Source: Utricularia gibba (lineage: Eukaryota > Plantae > Magnoliophyta). Taken from it: 64,000 nucleotides of DNA. The notes beneath the pieces were generated by a model. That model had not been told where the DNA came from. It saw only the letters and a list, made by a program, of their open reading frames with translations, and made no database searches. A program made the position numbers and the translations under genes. The stretch covers positions 1 through 64,000 of the forward strand of contig NEEC01000015.1 in assembly GCA_002189035.1 (NCBI GenBank), read 5' to 3'. Shown here piece after piece: positions 43,856 to 56,630 of the stretch (within the stretch, counting starts at the first letter, position 1; every line of letters begins with the position of its first letter).

Positions 43856-44241
43856 TGTTGGACAGCAGACAGCATTGAAGCCAGCTCAGAGTTAAGTGGA
43901 CCAGATGCTTAGCTAGGCGGCTAGCTGAGGGTAGTGCAACACACCCCGGGCCCTGGAGCATGAGCAGGAGCATAGCAGCAAGGGTGCGTGCATTAGCATG
44001 ATTACATACATTATCAAGGCCACGAACTCACCCCACTTGCTGTGCTTCCTTTCTTGTCGCTGTCTTAGCTTTAAAACCAGTTTGTGTGTTGTGTCTTCTG
44101 TGCATTGAAGTCCTGTTTTATCAGTTGATCATGACTTGTTTCTTCTGAATCAAATTAGGATACAATCGCATCAGCAGAACTATATCTCAACCAAAGATAA
44201 GAAGCTAACTTTGCACAATCAGTGATTTCTTGGGTCCTACA
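43856..44241 (+). mobile_element. Solo LTR (386 bp) between HAK copies 3 and 2
   Basis: TGTTG...CTACA termini with identical 5-bp flanks GATTC (43851-43855, 44242-44246). Confidence 0.82.
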
Positions 44242-44385
44242 GATTCAAGCGTGTACCATGAGGGGGCTATTGCACCCCTCGCTTGCTTTAAATATATCTC
44301 TACTGTAACAAATGGTCATGTAGGGATGGATGGGTGCTTCATACACACTTCTGGAGAGCCTGTTCCTATCAAGTGTTTTTGTTTT

Positions 44386-47039
44386 TTATATTTCATACGT
44401 CATTGCGACACGGAGAAGCCTATCTCGAGGTATAGCGAACACTTCGTCCGCTTTGCGAAAATTTCTGTGTAACAAGTTGTAAACCCTGTTGATCATCAAC
44501 TTCCTCAGAAGGCAGGAGTCCTCAACGGCTACCACCTCCACTTCCCCCATCAGGTAGAACACCCCTTGATCCATAGCCCTCTGCACGAACTCCACCTCTT
44601 TCTCCCCAAGGACGAACGATTTCAGCTTCTCCACTAGTTGCATCTCGAACTTGTCCGTCTCCTTTATCACATCCTTGTACCCGTATCTGATGATGCACTT
44701 GAAAACTCTGTCTTCTACCTGCTGGAAAGTGAATCGTTCATCTGCTGAAACCTTGCTCACCGGAAGCGATTTGATTGAGACCAGCACCGTCACGGAGTGA
44801 ATCGAGTGCATGTTACGAACAAAATGCGATAAAATCGGAGGTACGCCGTGAACCATCTCTGACAAGATGAGTCCGATGCCGGGAAGCCTGTTTATGGTAA
44901 CGTCCTTGGCCAGGTCATGGAAATAGTCGTCTGAAAACTTGTGTTTCAGCTCGTACGAGTAACGTTGACCGTACACGTAATGCCAGAGTCCCATCATCGT
45001 CATGAGTAACATGGAAAAGGCCAGAGGAAGGTAGCCACCCTCGACGAACTTGAATATGACAGACGAGAAGAATATGAGTTCTATGGATATGAAAACCAGG
45101 AAGAAGGAAAGGATCAGCCATATGCTAATTTTCCATATCAGGAGCATGATCAAAGCTGCCATGAAGGTTGTTAACATCATCACACCGACAACCGCAACAC
45201 CTGATGCATGAATGGCATTAGAAGAAGGTGGCAGAGACATTTTATAAGCATGACTTTTTTAGAGTTGTTATTACCATAGGCATTGCCGATGTTGGCGGTT
45301 GTCTTGAAGACTAGGGTTACTGCAACACACGCGATCATGAGGAAATAGTTGATTTCTGGGATGTAAATTTGGCCTCCGTACTTGGATGATGTGTGCACGA
45401 CCCTCATTCTCGGGAAGCAGCCGATGCAAAGTGTGTGAGAGACTATGGCAAAAGTGCTCGAGATCATTCCCTGGCTAGCAATGATGGCCGCAATAACCGC
45501 AATCACGAATGTCGGCCAGTAAATTTGATCTGCGAAGCGAATAACACTTGTTTATGTTTCATTTATCCTTCCATGGCATGAGAAAGTATGTTTTACCTGG
45601 TATGGAGGCGTAGAAGGTGTTGCTAACATGCTCAGGGAATTTGGCCAAGTATGCGCCTTGTCCGATGTAGGCAAGGGCTATAGCAGGAAAGACTATGGTT
45701 GAAAAGCTAATCTGGATAGCATGAACACTGAAATGGCTCAGACCAGCATACATGGCTTCAGTTCCTGATGGAGGGCTAAAAGTGTGAAAAAAAAGCTCAT
45801 TTCGTGGTAATGATAAACAGATAATTAGAAGCAACTGGCCTGTGACACAGAGAACCACTCCCCCTAGAGACATCCATCCATTTTTGCTGTTTCTTTTAAA
45901 GTAGTCAATCATATATTTGGGGTTGAAGGCACGTAAAACAGATACATCGTACTTGAATAAGTTGTACATGCCGATTCCTCCTACGAAGACGAGCCACAAG
46001 ATGATTGCGGGAGCAAATGTGTACCCGACTTTTTCAGTCCCAAAGCGTTGCACAGAAAAGAGAAGGATCAATATCATGATGGCCATATAGACCACGGAGT
46101 CTGCAATAAAAACAGGAATTCATGGATGCATCTCACTCCAGGAATAGTCATGTGTACATAGTTAGTTAGTTGGTTACCGCCGTGAAGACCTTTGATTCCA
46201 CCAACAGCAGAAAGAACTGGAATTCATTCATGAAACAGAAAGGCAAGGTGACTATCATGTCAAGGTTGAAGTGATTGTTAGAGTGTCGTGTTTGTAACTT
46301 GCCTGAGATACTGGGTGTAAGAATACCATCTCCAATAGCCATAGAAGTTCCCAATATCGCGCAAACGAACAGAAAGATTTTGGCAAAGCGACTGGACTCG
46401 AGCTTCCTCTTGATCATTTGGGACCTTCTTCCACATGAAGACACCTCAACCTCATAATCTGACAGTTTTTCACCGTCACCCAGCCGACTATTCGTCAGAC
46501 TAATGTTCGCGTGGCGGCAAATCTTCATATACAACGCTAGCGTTCCTCCTAAACGACAACAACGTGAGTAGTTTAGCAGGCCGAGTTGTTGGTGGGTGTC
46601 AAAAGATGGTACCTTCGCCGTTGTCGTTAGCCCACAGAACGATGAAGACGTATTTGATCATGGGAATGAAGATTATGGTGTAGATTATAAGCGACATGAC
46701 TCCGAGCACATCATTCTTGTCCTTGATCCCGTCTCTGAAGATGGTGGAATAGACGTACAGAGGCGAGGTTCCGATGTCGCCGTAGATCACCCCGACGCTC
46801 TGAAACGCCAGGAGCATTACTCTCAGCCATGTCTCCTCCTCATCCTGTTCAGTTAACACAAAAGGGTTCAATAGCCAGCCCAGTTTGAAAAGTAGCCGTT
46901 ATACGTGAAGCACGAAATGAATGGCCACCGGAGGAGAGGGACTGGGGTTGCTCCCGGTTTCCAAGTCCAGAGAGTGAACGACGCGTGGGCAGCAGCAGGA
47001 GAGTCTGGTTTGATGATCATCAGCCGTTTCTTCCTCCAT
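44386..47039 (-). CDS. HAK5: HAK5-clade potassium transporter, divergent tandem copy 3
   Basis: All 8 exons trace without stop or frameshift; [48 protein letters not shown]. Short C-terminal domain. Confidence 0.94.
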
Positions 47040-48372
47040 GGTTGTGGCGTGGCGGGGAAGAGGGATCTCTGTCTCTCCCCCTCATACACTGAAGTGTCCG
47101 TTTTATAGGCATGAAAAAGAAATGCAAAATCACAAATGTGTGCGCACGCTCTTTATTGTTACTAGGAATCTGGAGGGGCTCCCATGTCCCAAGTCCATCA
47201 GTAATCAATACCTTTCACAGAGATTCTACCGGAACTCGTTTGGATTTTATTTATTTTTTTGTTCATTCCCCCCTTTTTCGTCTTGACTCTAGGGTTTATT
47301 AAAGGAGTGTAGTGAGAGGATTAGGTTTTGAATTTGCTAACATGATTGAGGACGTATGGGGAGGAGGAAGGCACACAGAATTGTGCATTGTGAAGGGCAA
47401 TTTGGCAGCCCTGTTGGGGTGGGGCGTCACATAGTCGCGGGAAGTGTTTTGTTCGCGCAGCAAGTCGTATGTGTAATTAATTTGGCCGATAATGACACCT
47501 ATTTTGATTTTATGAATTTACACTGGGGGGCTTTTTAAGGCACTGCATTGGGGGACTGGTGGTGAGTTTCCAAATAAACTAATCCCACGACACCCTCTTG
47601 ACACCTTCTTGGTCTCCTGTCGCTCAAATAAAGTACTTCTTATTACAGTGGCCAGCGATAAATTTGGACCTCTCAAGTCTTAGGTTCCGGTTTCCATTGT
47701 AATAATATCAGACAAGCAGACGTTGGAATTGGATACAGTCCTCCACATGGTGGACTGGACTGCACTTTGGGGCTTTCACATTAAATCATCCGCATTGATG
47801 GATGGAAATGCAGAGCAACAAGGGTCAAAACAATTTCCTACTCATGCCAAAAAGCTTTAACTTCCTACAGGAAATTCCTTGGAGAACTCCAGAGGCAACG
47901 CATCGCTTTGATGCGAGTGCACGTTCGGAATGAGATTGTATACGCGGTTTGTATTGCCGTTTGCCAAGACTGCAATGAATAACATGGATAGATATCCATT
48001 CCTTAGTATTATTCAGTCATCACCTGTGCTTTATATGTTGCGGCTGCAACTCAGCTCAAGCAAACTCGCGATTTATGAAACGAAACAGGTAGGATCGTAT
48101 GAATGGCACAAAAAGTCAGCAATTAAAGTTAAACCAGATGAAAGGCTGAAATGCACCCCACCACTCCCATGATTTGCAAAAGAACGTACCCAATTCGATG
48201 TAACAAATGAAGTTGAAGTCGAGCAACCCCAAACAGCGGCATTCTGATAACAAAATAATAAAAAATCCAAATGTCAACACAGCGGGAGTCACATCCTAGC
48301 TAAAAAACAGAAAATAGAAATCAAACTTTGGCTTCAGGCAGTTCATAGAACCGAGATCAGGCCAACGCTCAG

Positions 48373-48948
<576 letters not shown>

Positions 48949-49005
48949 CTTCGTTCACAGCCAACGTGAACCCCAGTTGATTGCGGATTGCACAGTCAAG
49001 ATGGG

Positions 49006-49116
49006 AAACCCTAGGGTTTTTTTTCGTGCATAGCGAGCCCGTTCGGCAGTATGGTTTTTTTTATACCCGAATTTTATTCATATGGGCCTGTATTTGTTTG
49101 ATCCAAATAAAGCCCA
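49006..49116. promoter_or_regulatory. Palindromic telo-box plus site II motifs in the RPS27/CYP51 divergent promoter
   Basis: AAACCCTAGGGTTT 49006-49019 (telo-box on both strands), TGGGCC 49083-49088, AGCCCA 49111-49116. This combination is typical of plant ribosomal-protein promoters. Confidence 0.8.
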
Positions 49117-49380
49117 AATTTATTTCCTTTCCGACCCACTGGAATTCTTTGGCAATTGCCACCGGCTGGATGTGAATGGATATGGACTGTGGTCCAGGCA
49201 CACGTATCCTTTACAGCTCAACTATTTTGTTTCTTTTCGGCATCCAAGCCAGAATTTGTAGGGTTCTTTCCCTTCTCCAGAGACTGGTTGTGATCAACCC
49301 TTTTTTTTTTCCCATTTCATGAAAAACTTTTCATTCTTGATTTTCTGAATAACAGCTTGAATCGACGCTTTTCAGTGGCG

Positions 49381-50950
49381 ATGGAAGTGGTGGAGTCTTC
49401 TAATTCCAGCAACAAAATCTTGAATGCGGGTCTTTTACTCATTGCCACCCTTGTGGCCGCCAAATTGATATCTGTACTGGTACTGCCTAGATCGAAAAAG
49501 AGGCTGCCGCCGACGGTTGCTGGGTGGCCGATTCTTGGTGGTTTGATTCGGTTTCTGAAAGGACCTGTGGTGATGCTGAGGGAGGAATATCCCAAACTTG
49601 GTAGTGTATTCACGCTGAAACTGCTCAACAAAAACATAACTTTCTTGATTGGCCCAGAGGTGTCAGCCCATTTTTTCAAAGCCACGGAATCTGAGCTCAG
49701 CCAACAGGAGGTTTACCAATTCAATGTGCCGACTTTTGGCCCAGGGGTTGTGTTTGATGTGGACTACACCGTTCGTCAAGAGCAGTTTAGGTTCTTTACT
49801 GAGGCGCTGAGAGTTAATAAGCTCAAGGGTTATGTGGACCAGATGGTCATGGAAGCTGAGGTTATTCCTTATCAAGCCTGAGTGTTTAGTTCAAACCTAG
49901 TCATGTTTCTTCCACTCTTTTGATGCGCATTAATTCTTGTGGTGCTTTCAGGACCATTTCTCTAAGTGGGGTGGTAGCGGTGAAGTGGATCTGAAGTATG
50001 AATTGGAGCATTTGATCATTCTTACAGCCAGCAGATGTTTGTTGGGTGAAGAGGTCCGCAACAATCTATTTGAAGATGTCTCGGCTCTCTTCCATGACCT
50101 TGACAATGGGATGCTCCCAATCAGTGTCATTTTTCCTTACCTTCCGATCCCAGCTCATCATCGTCGTGATGCGGCCCGTAAAAAGCTTGCTCGCATATTT
50201 GAAAACATTATAGCATCTCGTAAGCAAACGGGCGAGGCTAAGAACGATTTGCTGCAATGCTTCATTGATTCCAAGTACAAGGATGGACGGTCCACTACGG
50301 AGGAAGAGGTCACTGGCCTGCTGATTGCTGCTCTCTTTGCTGGTCAACACACAAGTTCCATCACATCCACATGGTCTGGGGCTTACCTTCTATCCAACCC
50401 GAATTGCATGTCCGCCGTTTTGGATGAGCAAAAGAAAGTGATGGAGAGGCATGGAAATATCATTAATTATGATGTTTTGTCTGAGATGGAAATTCTCTAC
50501 CGTTGCATAAAAGAAGCTCTAAGACTTCACCCTCCACTGATAATGCTCCTGAGAAGCTCTCACAGTGATTTCAGTGTGAAAACTAGGGAAGGAGTAGAGT
50601 ACGACATCCCAAAGGGTCACATTGTGGCCACTTCTCCCGCTTTTGCCAATCGGCTGCCACATATCTACAAAGATCCAGACGCTTACGACCCTGACCGGTT
50701 TGCAGTCGGTAGAGAGGAAGACAAGGCAACTGGAGCTTTCTCCTACATATCCTTTGGTGGCGGTAGGCATGGATGTCTGGGGGAGCCATTTGCATATCTA
50801 CAGATCAAAGCGATATGGAGCCATCTGCTGAGAAACTTCGATATGGAGCTTATTTCACCTTTTCCTGAGATCGATTGGAATGCCATGGTCGTTGGTGTGA
50901 AGGGGAAGGTGATGGTGAGGTACAAGCGCAAGGAGCTTGTCCTGAACTGA
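49381..50950 (+). CDS. CYP51G1: Obtusifoliol 14-alpha-demethylase, 2 exons
   Basis: YQFNVPTFGPGVVFDV, LFAGQHTSSIT, KEALRLHPP, heme motif FGGGRHGCLGE; intron 49861-49951. Confidence 0.98.
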
Positions 50951-51311
50951 AAAGGAAAAGGCTTTGTTAGAGTCCTGCACAGTTCGTAATGCCTGCTCTC
51001 TTGTTGATGTGTCAAGTCTTCAATTTTCTGTTCATGCCAATAGTTAATTGTTTGGAATCAGAAGTTCCCATTCCCAAGTCTCACTTTACAGTATAAATCA
51101 CTCAAACGATGCATAAACTATCATAATAAGTTACATCACGGAACACCTCAGATCCTCATTGACATAGACAAAGCCCTTTCTGCATTTCATGTTCTTTCCA
51201 CACAGATCTTCGACAAACTGCCTCATTTGCAAGGATGCTGCTTATCACCATGTCACTGAAATGTGTTGCTCTTTACGATTATAAAAATTATGCACAAGCC
51301 TTCTTCCCAAC

Positions 51312-52402
51312 CTAATCAAGATTCTGAGACGCTTGCTGCTCAATTTTTTGAATCAGGGCCTCTTTCTCATGCTGAGGCAGAGCATTGAAAATGAAGATCG
51401 ACTTATCTCCAATGTCATCCTGTAACACAAGGAGAATCAGATGTAAGTTGGGAATCTGGGATCGAGTTATATATCAATAGGATCATGCCTTAATTGGCTG
51501 GGTGAACTTTCTCCCCGCAAACACAACAAACAATGCCGTCCACACACCTAGTAATGAAAGTTTCACGCCTTGGTCCATCAAACCTGTCTGCAAGTAATGA
51601 ATGTGTTTCACAAGATAAGGAAAACCTAGAGGCCAAGATCATAGTTCTAGTTTGTACCAGGTGACCGAGTAGAAGCGTTGGAATGATAAATGCTAATAAA
51701 GCAGCTTCTAACTTGCCATAGCAAAGCCCTATTGCAATACAGAGTCCAGATTCCATTTACAAAAGATGACTTCTCAATAATGAAGAGAAATTTGAATCAA
51801 GTCACAACGAAAAGAAAATGTATCTTGCCTTCCTTGAAAACCAGTCCAGTCAAAGCAGCAAAAAGTGGACCAACAAACCAAACAGTCGTCGGGTTCTCGA
51901 CGACATACTCCACCAAACCTTTACTCGCAGGATGAGCCAAAGCAGCATATGCTGCCAATGACCCAATGGCACCAATCGCCCAGAGCGCCTGAAGTGCACG
52001 CTTGATCTCGGTGACATAAATGTGAATCAGATAGAGAGAAAGCCCTAATCCACAGCCACCCAATCCGTATAACAAGTCTAAATTTCTGGAGATCAAATCA
52101 ATGACTTCGGAATCGCTATTCCTCAGGAAAGCTGCCGAAGAAGCGATCACAAACGAGGTGGCCGCAGTCACGAGTCCAGAACGGTAAAGTATGACTTCCT
52201 GAATATCGGACTGTTCGACGCTCCAAGGACCGTACACGCCTTGGTAGACAGCAGAGGTAGACTCCGGGGACTGTCCCACCGCCTGGAACTTCACCGAACG
52301 ACGTGAAGCACGATAGTTCCGGAGGGTAACGGGAGGCAAAATGGGCCTGTGGAAAAGACACTTGTGGAGGCATGAGGGAGGAACGAATGTGAGCGTCGTC
52401 AT
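51312..52402 (-). CDS. DUF2301 plastid integral membrane protein (At1g28140-like), 4 exons
   Basis: YQGVYGPWSV..EVILYRSGLVTAA, LIHIYVTEIKRALQALWAIG, FKEG|LCYGKLEA, GRKFTQPIK|DDIGDKSIF. Two GC-AG introns. Confidence 0.92.
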
Positions 52403-52794
52403 CTCCAGAACGCAATCCTTCGGGAGAAGGCAAGGCAGTGGTGACTGGTGAGAGTTAGATATTTTTTATTTTGGGCTTCATCTATTGGGCCTTACACTAT
52501 TACTTTGGGCGGGTTAATGAAGTTTTTCCGGTTATTCATGTGCTTGTGCTCGTTGCTCATGTAGGAGACCGAGGGGTTTGAGTTGTACGTAGCAATGGCT
52601 ACTGAGTTGGTACCTTTTGGTCTACCGCCACTCCGCCTTTCATTCTCCGGTTGAAAACAGCAACACAAAACCAAATTTTGAGAAAAAATGGAGGAACAAC
52701 ACATGTGCACACGAGTCCGAAACTTAAAGGAAAATGGAGGTACTCATCATAATAGACCTGGGACAGCCGGAACAATCAGGCCGATTGAGCATCA

Positions 52795-53663
52795 TCATTG
52801 AAAGCTCCTGCGGTCGAAGTAGATGGTGCCATCACCATAATAATAAGAGCTGTTGCCACAACACAAATCCTCGAGCTTATCCTCCACATAACCCAGATTG
52901 GTATTATTCGGATTCTGGTTGGCAGCAGCAGCATCCTCCAGCAGATTGTGATTATTATCATATCCATAGACGTAAGGAAGATCAACAGCATCATTGGTGC
53001 TAGAAAGCAGCTGCGCGTATTGCTCAAGTCCGGGAAATGTGTTTTGGGGCAAGGGATCCCCGGGGACTTGAAAGCTGCTCCGGCTGCTGCATGAAATTGA
53101 ATGTGAACTTGAATCGCTGGAGGGTTCGACTCGCTCAGGGAAGTTGAGTTTGGCCTTGGAGCCTTTGAACTTGAGGGCGGCAGCATCGTATGCAAGGGCT
53201 GCATCCTCCGCCGTGTTGAAGGTCCCCAGCCAAACACGCGCCGCCTTCTTAGGGTCCCGTATTTCTGCCGCCCATTTCCCCAAGGCCTTTGCCTTACTCC
53301 ACGGTAGTGCCTTCTCAATGTCGCCCCTTGCATCCCAAACACAGTCAAATGTGTTGGATCAAAACGCCTATTCAAAGGGAAGGAAATTTCCCACAACTCT
53401 TTTGACATCTTAGTTGGAAAAATCAAAATAGTTGTGTTTGTTTCTACGTAAATCATGGCAATAACTTCTGCGTATCTGAAAATCATAACATATATATGTA
53501 AAGGAGAGGGTTCTGTGGTTTTTACCTCGTTGGTGTTCACTTGGTTGAGGCGCAGGCAACTGGTGTTGGAATTGAAAGGGGGAGGTGTTCCAAATTGTTG
53601 TTGTTCGAACATTGGGATCAGGACAGGAAAGCCGTGTCCTTCTGGCGGATGGTCTCCTTCCAT
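52795..53663 (-). CDS. AP2/ERF transcription factor, group X (ERF114/115/RAP2.6L-like)
   Basis: [61 protein letters not shown]. Intron 53327-53525. Continuity needs one extra base at 53278-53281 and one at 53578-53582. Confidence 0.9.
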
Positions 53664-55423
53664 GCCGCAGGTTCTACACTCCTGATTGATCAGTACCAAT
53701 TTTTATTTTGTTTGCACACATGTATTAATCCCGGAGTCGCTGGTGGTTGTCAGATGGAACAAACAAACGTTGAAGGATTCAGGAAAGAAGGCAGGGAAGA
53801 TATAGCGGTTCTCCAAGAGAGATATGGTTTTTTATTAGCCACCCAACCCATTTGATCTTTATCTTTTTGTATTGGGCGTGGTTTTGAAAAGTATTCATCA
53901 CATTAGACCTGAAGCTCAAATTTCTACACCGGGGGCAAAAGAAAGAGAGATAAAGATGGGATGGTGGAATATTGAGTACGATATGGCGCAGTAAAGCAGA
54001 GATAATGCCGAAAAGAAAGATTGTGTTGTGTAATAATAGGGTTCCCAGATTGCCCTAATCACGTTAAATAGCAAACGAATCCAATGGCAAAGGCAAAGCA
54101 GACACGAGAAAGCTTGTGCTGGTCTTTGGAAAATCGGATGGTTAGTTTGAAACCACAGATTGCAATCTCTCGCCAAAGTTACACAAGTAGTGAATAAGCT
54201 TCAGAAAAGTAGCTCGATGAGAAGCAAAATTTCGTAGGGGAAAGACAATATAAAAAGGGGGTAGCTGCAAGACAGGCCCTTAATCGAAGCAGAGTTGATT
54301 TCTATACAATGAATCCTAAAGGCAACCCGAGATTGGACAAACAAGGCAGGTTGCCCTAAGCCACTGCAAAAAAATATACGAAGGCACACATATCCTTGTA
54401 GGGTTTGTGCGCATAAATTCACATGATGATGTGCCAATTGCCAGCCATGATTCGACTTTTGAGCAACTGGTTAGACACTTGGCGTTGAAAACTCTCTCCC
54501 CAGTAGAGAAAAGACAAGCAGCGAGGATGGGCTTTTCTTTTTCAAACTAAATCACGCGTAGAAAAACGCCATTTTTGTGGGGATCATCCTTTGAGGCCCT
54601 GGTGGAATTCAAAATGCGACTGTCTGATTTTTCTACAAGTTAGTTGGACTGGGCGGCGCAAACACCGTATCTGCAACGTTGAGTGGCCGTGGAGCTGAAC
54701 TAAACTATTTTTAGAAATGGCTGCCTGGCTGGCTGCCTGCCTGCCTGCCTCTCCTTCTTCATGTGCATCAAACAGTGGTTTTTGTGCCACGGTGGTGTCA
54801 CATCATCGGGAACCGGGAAACCAACCGTATATATAATTAATTGGAACACCATGCCCGGCTTCGCCCATTTAAATACTACCGACGCGCGGCGCTCTGGGGG
54901 TACCAAGACGATATGCACTGCAAGTGCAGGCATGCGCTTTCGCAATATCATTGGTGCTTGGAGCCAGCAGCCAATAGAAGAGATGAAGGCGCCTGCCCGC
55001 CGGTCAGCGATATCCAGAATAAAGAAAGTTAGGTCGGGACTCGGGGCCTGGTATTTTTAATATGCCAACTTTATACTATAAAGCGTCAACAGGAGCTGGC
55101 TTTGCATGCGATTTGCTCTTTCAACACAAAAAAGGGCAGCTCCAACTTCTACTTAGCCAGTTGATGGGGTGGCTGAGCGGGCTCCAATGTTCCGGATGGT
55201 GGTGCTGCTAGACCCATATAATAAATAGATTTATCCACGGCGATTTTTGCGGGCTTCATGATGGGCTCCTTCCGAGGCCCAGCTCGCGCCTTGGCGCTTG
55301 GGTTGGGCATGCTGCTACTGGGTAGGGTAGGCCATGCTCTCTTTGCTAAACTAAACCTGAAGAAGGAAAAAAGGTGGCCACATTTTGGAATCCTTGCTTT
55401 ACATAAATCACGCACACGAGTAT

Positions 55424-55451
55424 GGTTGGTTGGTTGGTTGGTTGGTTGGTT
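55424..55451 (+). repeat. (GGTT)7 microsatellite
   Basis: Direct read. Confidence 0.95.
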
Positions 55452-55492
55452 ATTGGGCATCATCTGCCATCTTCTTGCTTAAATGGGCTTCC

Positions 55493-56211
55493 TTATCGAG
55501 CACCGGAGAAGCAAAAGAGGAATCTTGAACGTCTTCCTCCCTCCGTCTCGGGCCCCGTGCTTTTCTTGCCCTCCACTCCTCCATTCCCAGAATGCTGTCT
55601 CAGAACCCTGTTCTCCTTTCTCAAATCATGAATCACCTCTCTCTTCTGCTCGTTCCTCCTTATCAGCTCCGCCTGCTGCGACAGATTCTCCTCCAGGAGC
55701 ATCGAAAACTTGCTCTGTAAACCTCCGTCTGTAACAACAGGCGTCAAATTCTTTGATCGTACGGTCTCGAAATTGGATGAAACCGAGGACTCCTCGGCCG
55801 TCTGCAAACCGCTTTTGAAAGCCGTATCCGGGTGGGTTTTCGTCAGTTTCCTGAAAGAACTGGATCCGGAACCGGTTTTACAGAAGGATTCCGACTTGAG
55901 GGCATCCGCGAAAACATGGTATGATCCTTGGAGATCCTGTAGCATTCTGATGATCTCAGGCCTTTTGTTGTAGTACATCTCCGCTCTCTGGGCGAAGGTA
56001 TCTCCATCGTCTTCGATCAGATGCATTATTCTCTTTATCTTATCGTCCATTTCTGCGCAGCATGCGAAAAGACAAGGTGATGGCCACAGAGGAAAGGGAA
56101 AGCAGCAGAAGAACGGGTACCTGATATGGTGGAGCCGAAGCGCTGAGAATGGGAGATGTGATTCTGAGTGTCCCATCGCAGCGAAAGCGAAGATGATCGC
56201 TGGTGCTCCAT
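55493..56211 (-). CDS. Small NETWORKED (NAB/KIP1-like domain) actin-binding protein, NET3-like, 2 exons
   Basis: MDDKIKRIMHLIEDDGDTFAQRAEMYYNKRPEI NAB core followed by a short coiled coil (LLEENLSQQAELIRRNEQKREVI). Confidence 0.85.
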
Positions 56212-56630
56212 ATCTCCGACCAAAATTCTTCTCACTAGAAGAATTTTTTCTACAGTGGAGAAGGGAATTTGAAGTGGAGCACAATGAATGGAATTTACTC
56301 CGCCAAAGAAAAGAGAAAAGGAAAAGAGAGGGTGATCAGGTCTTGATTAATGCGCTAATCTCGAGTCCACAAATACGGTATAGTGGTAGTAGTAGTCCCT
56401 GTCTCTTTCCCCTTGGGCCCGAAACGGCCGGCCCAGCCCACTAAAAGAAACCGCGCGAAAGCGTCCACGAGCCGAATCAAACTGCCCACGGAAACTTACA
56501 CGCACACGCTTGTTGAGAATATTTTTCACCTTTCGGCTCCCCCATTATAAATCCATCCTGATCGGATGCCCAACACATTTCATCCTCATTCTCGAATCTC
56601 CTAGCTTTCCTGCTTTCAACGCCTGCATCA

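Noticed and set aside
43960-44060. Imperfect hairpin with faint resemblance to miR164/miR535
   Set aside because: Too many mismatches to either mature sequence, and it lies inside the solo LTR.
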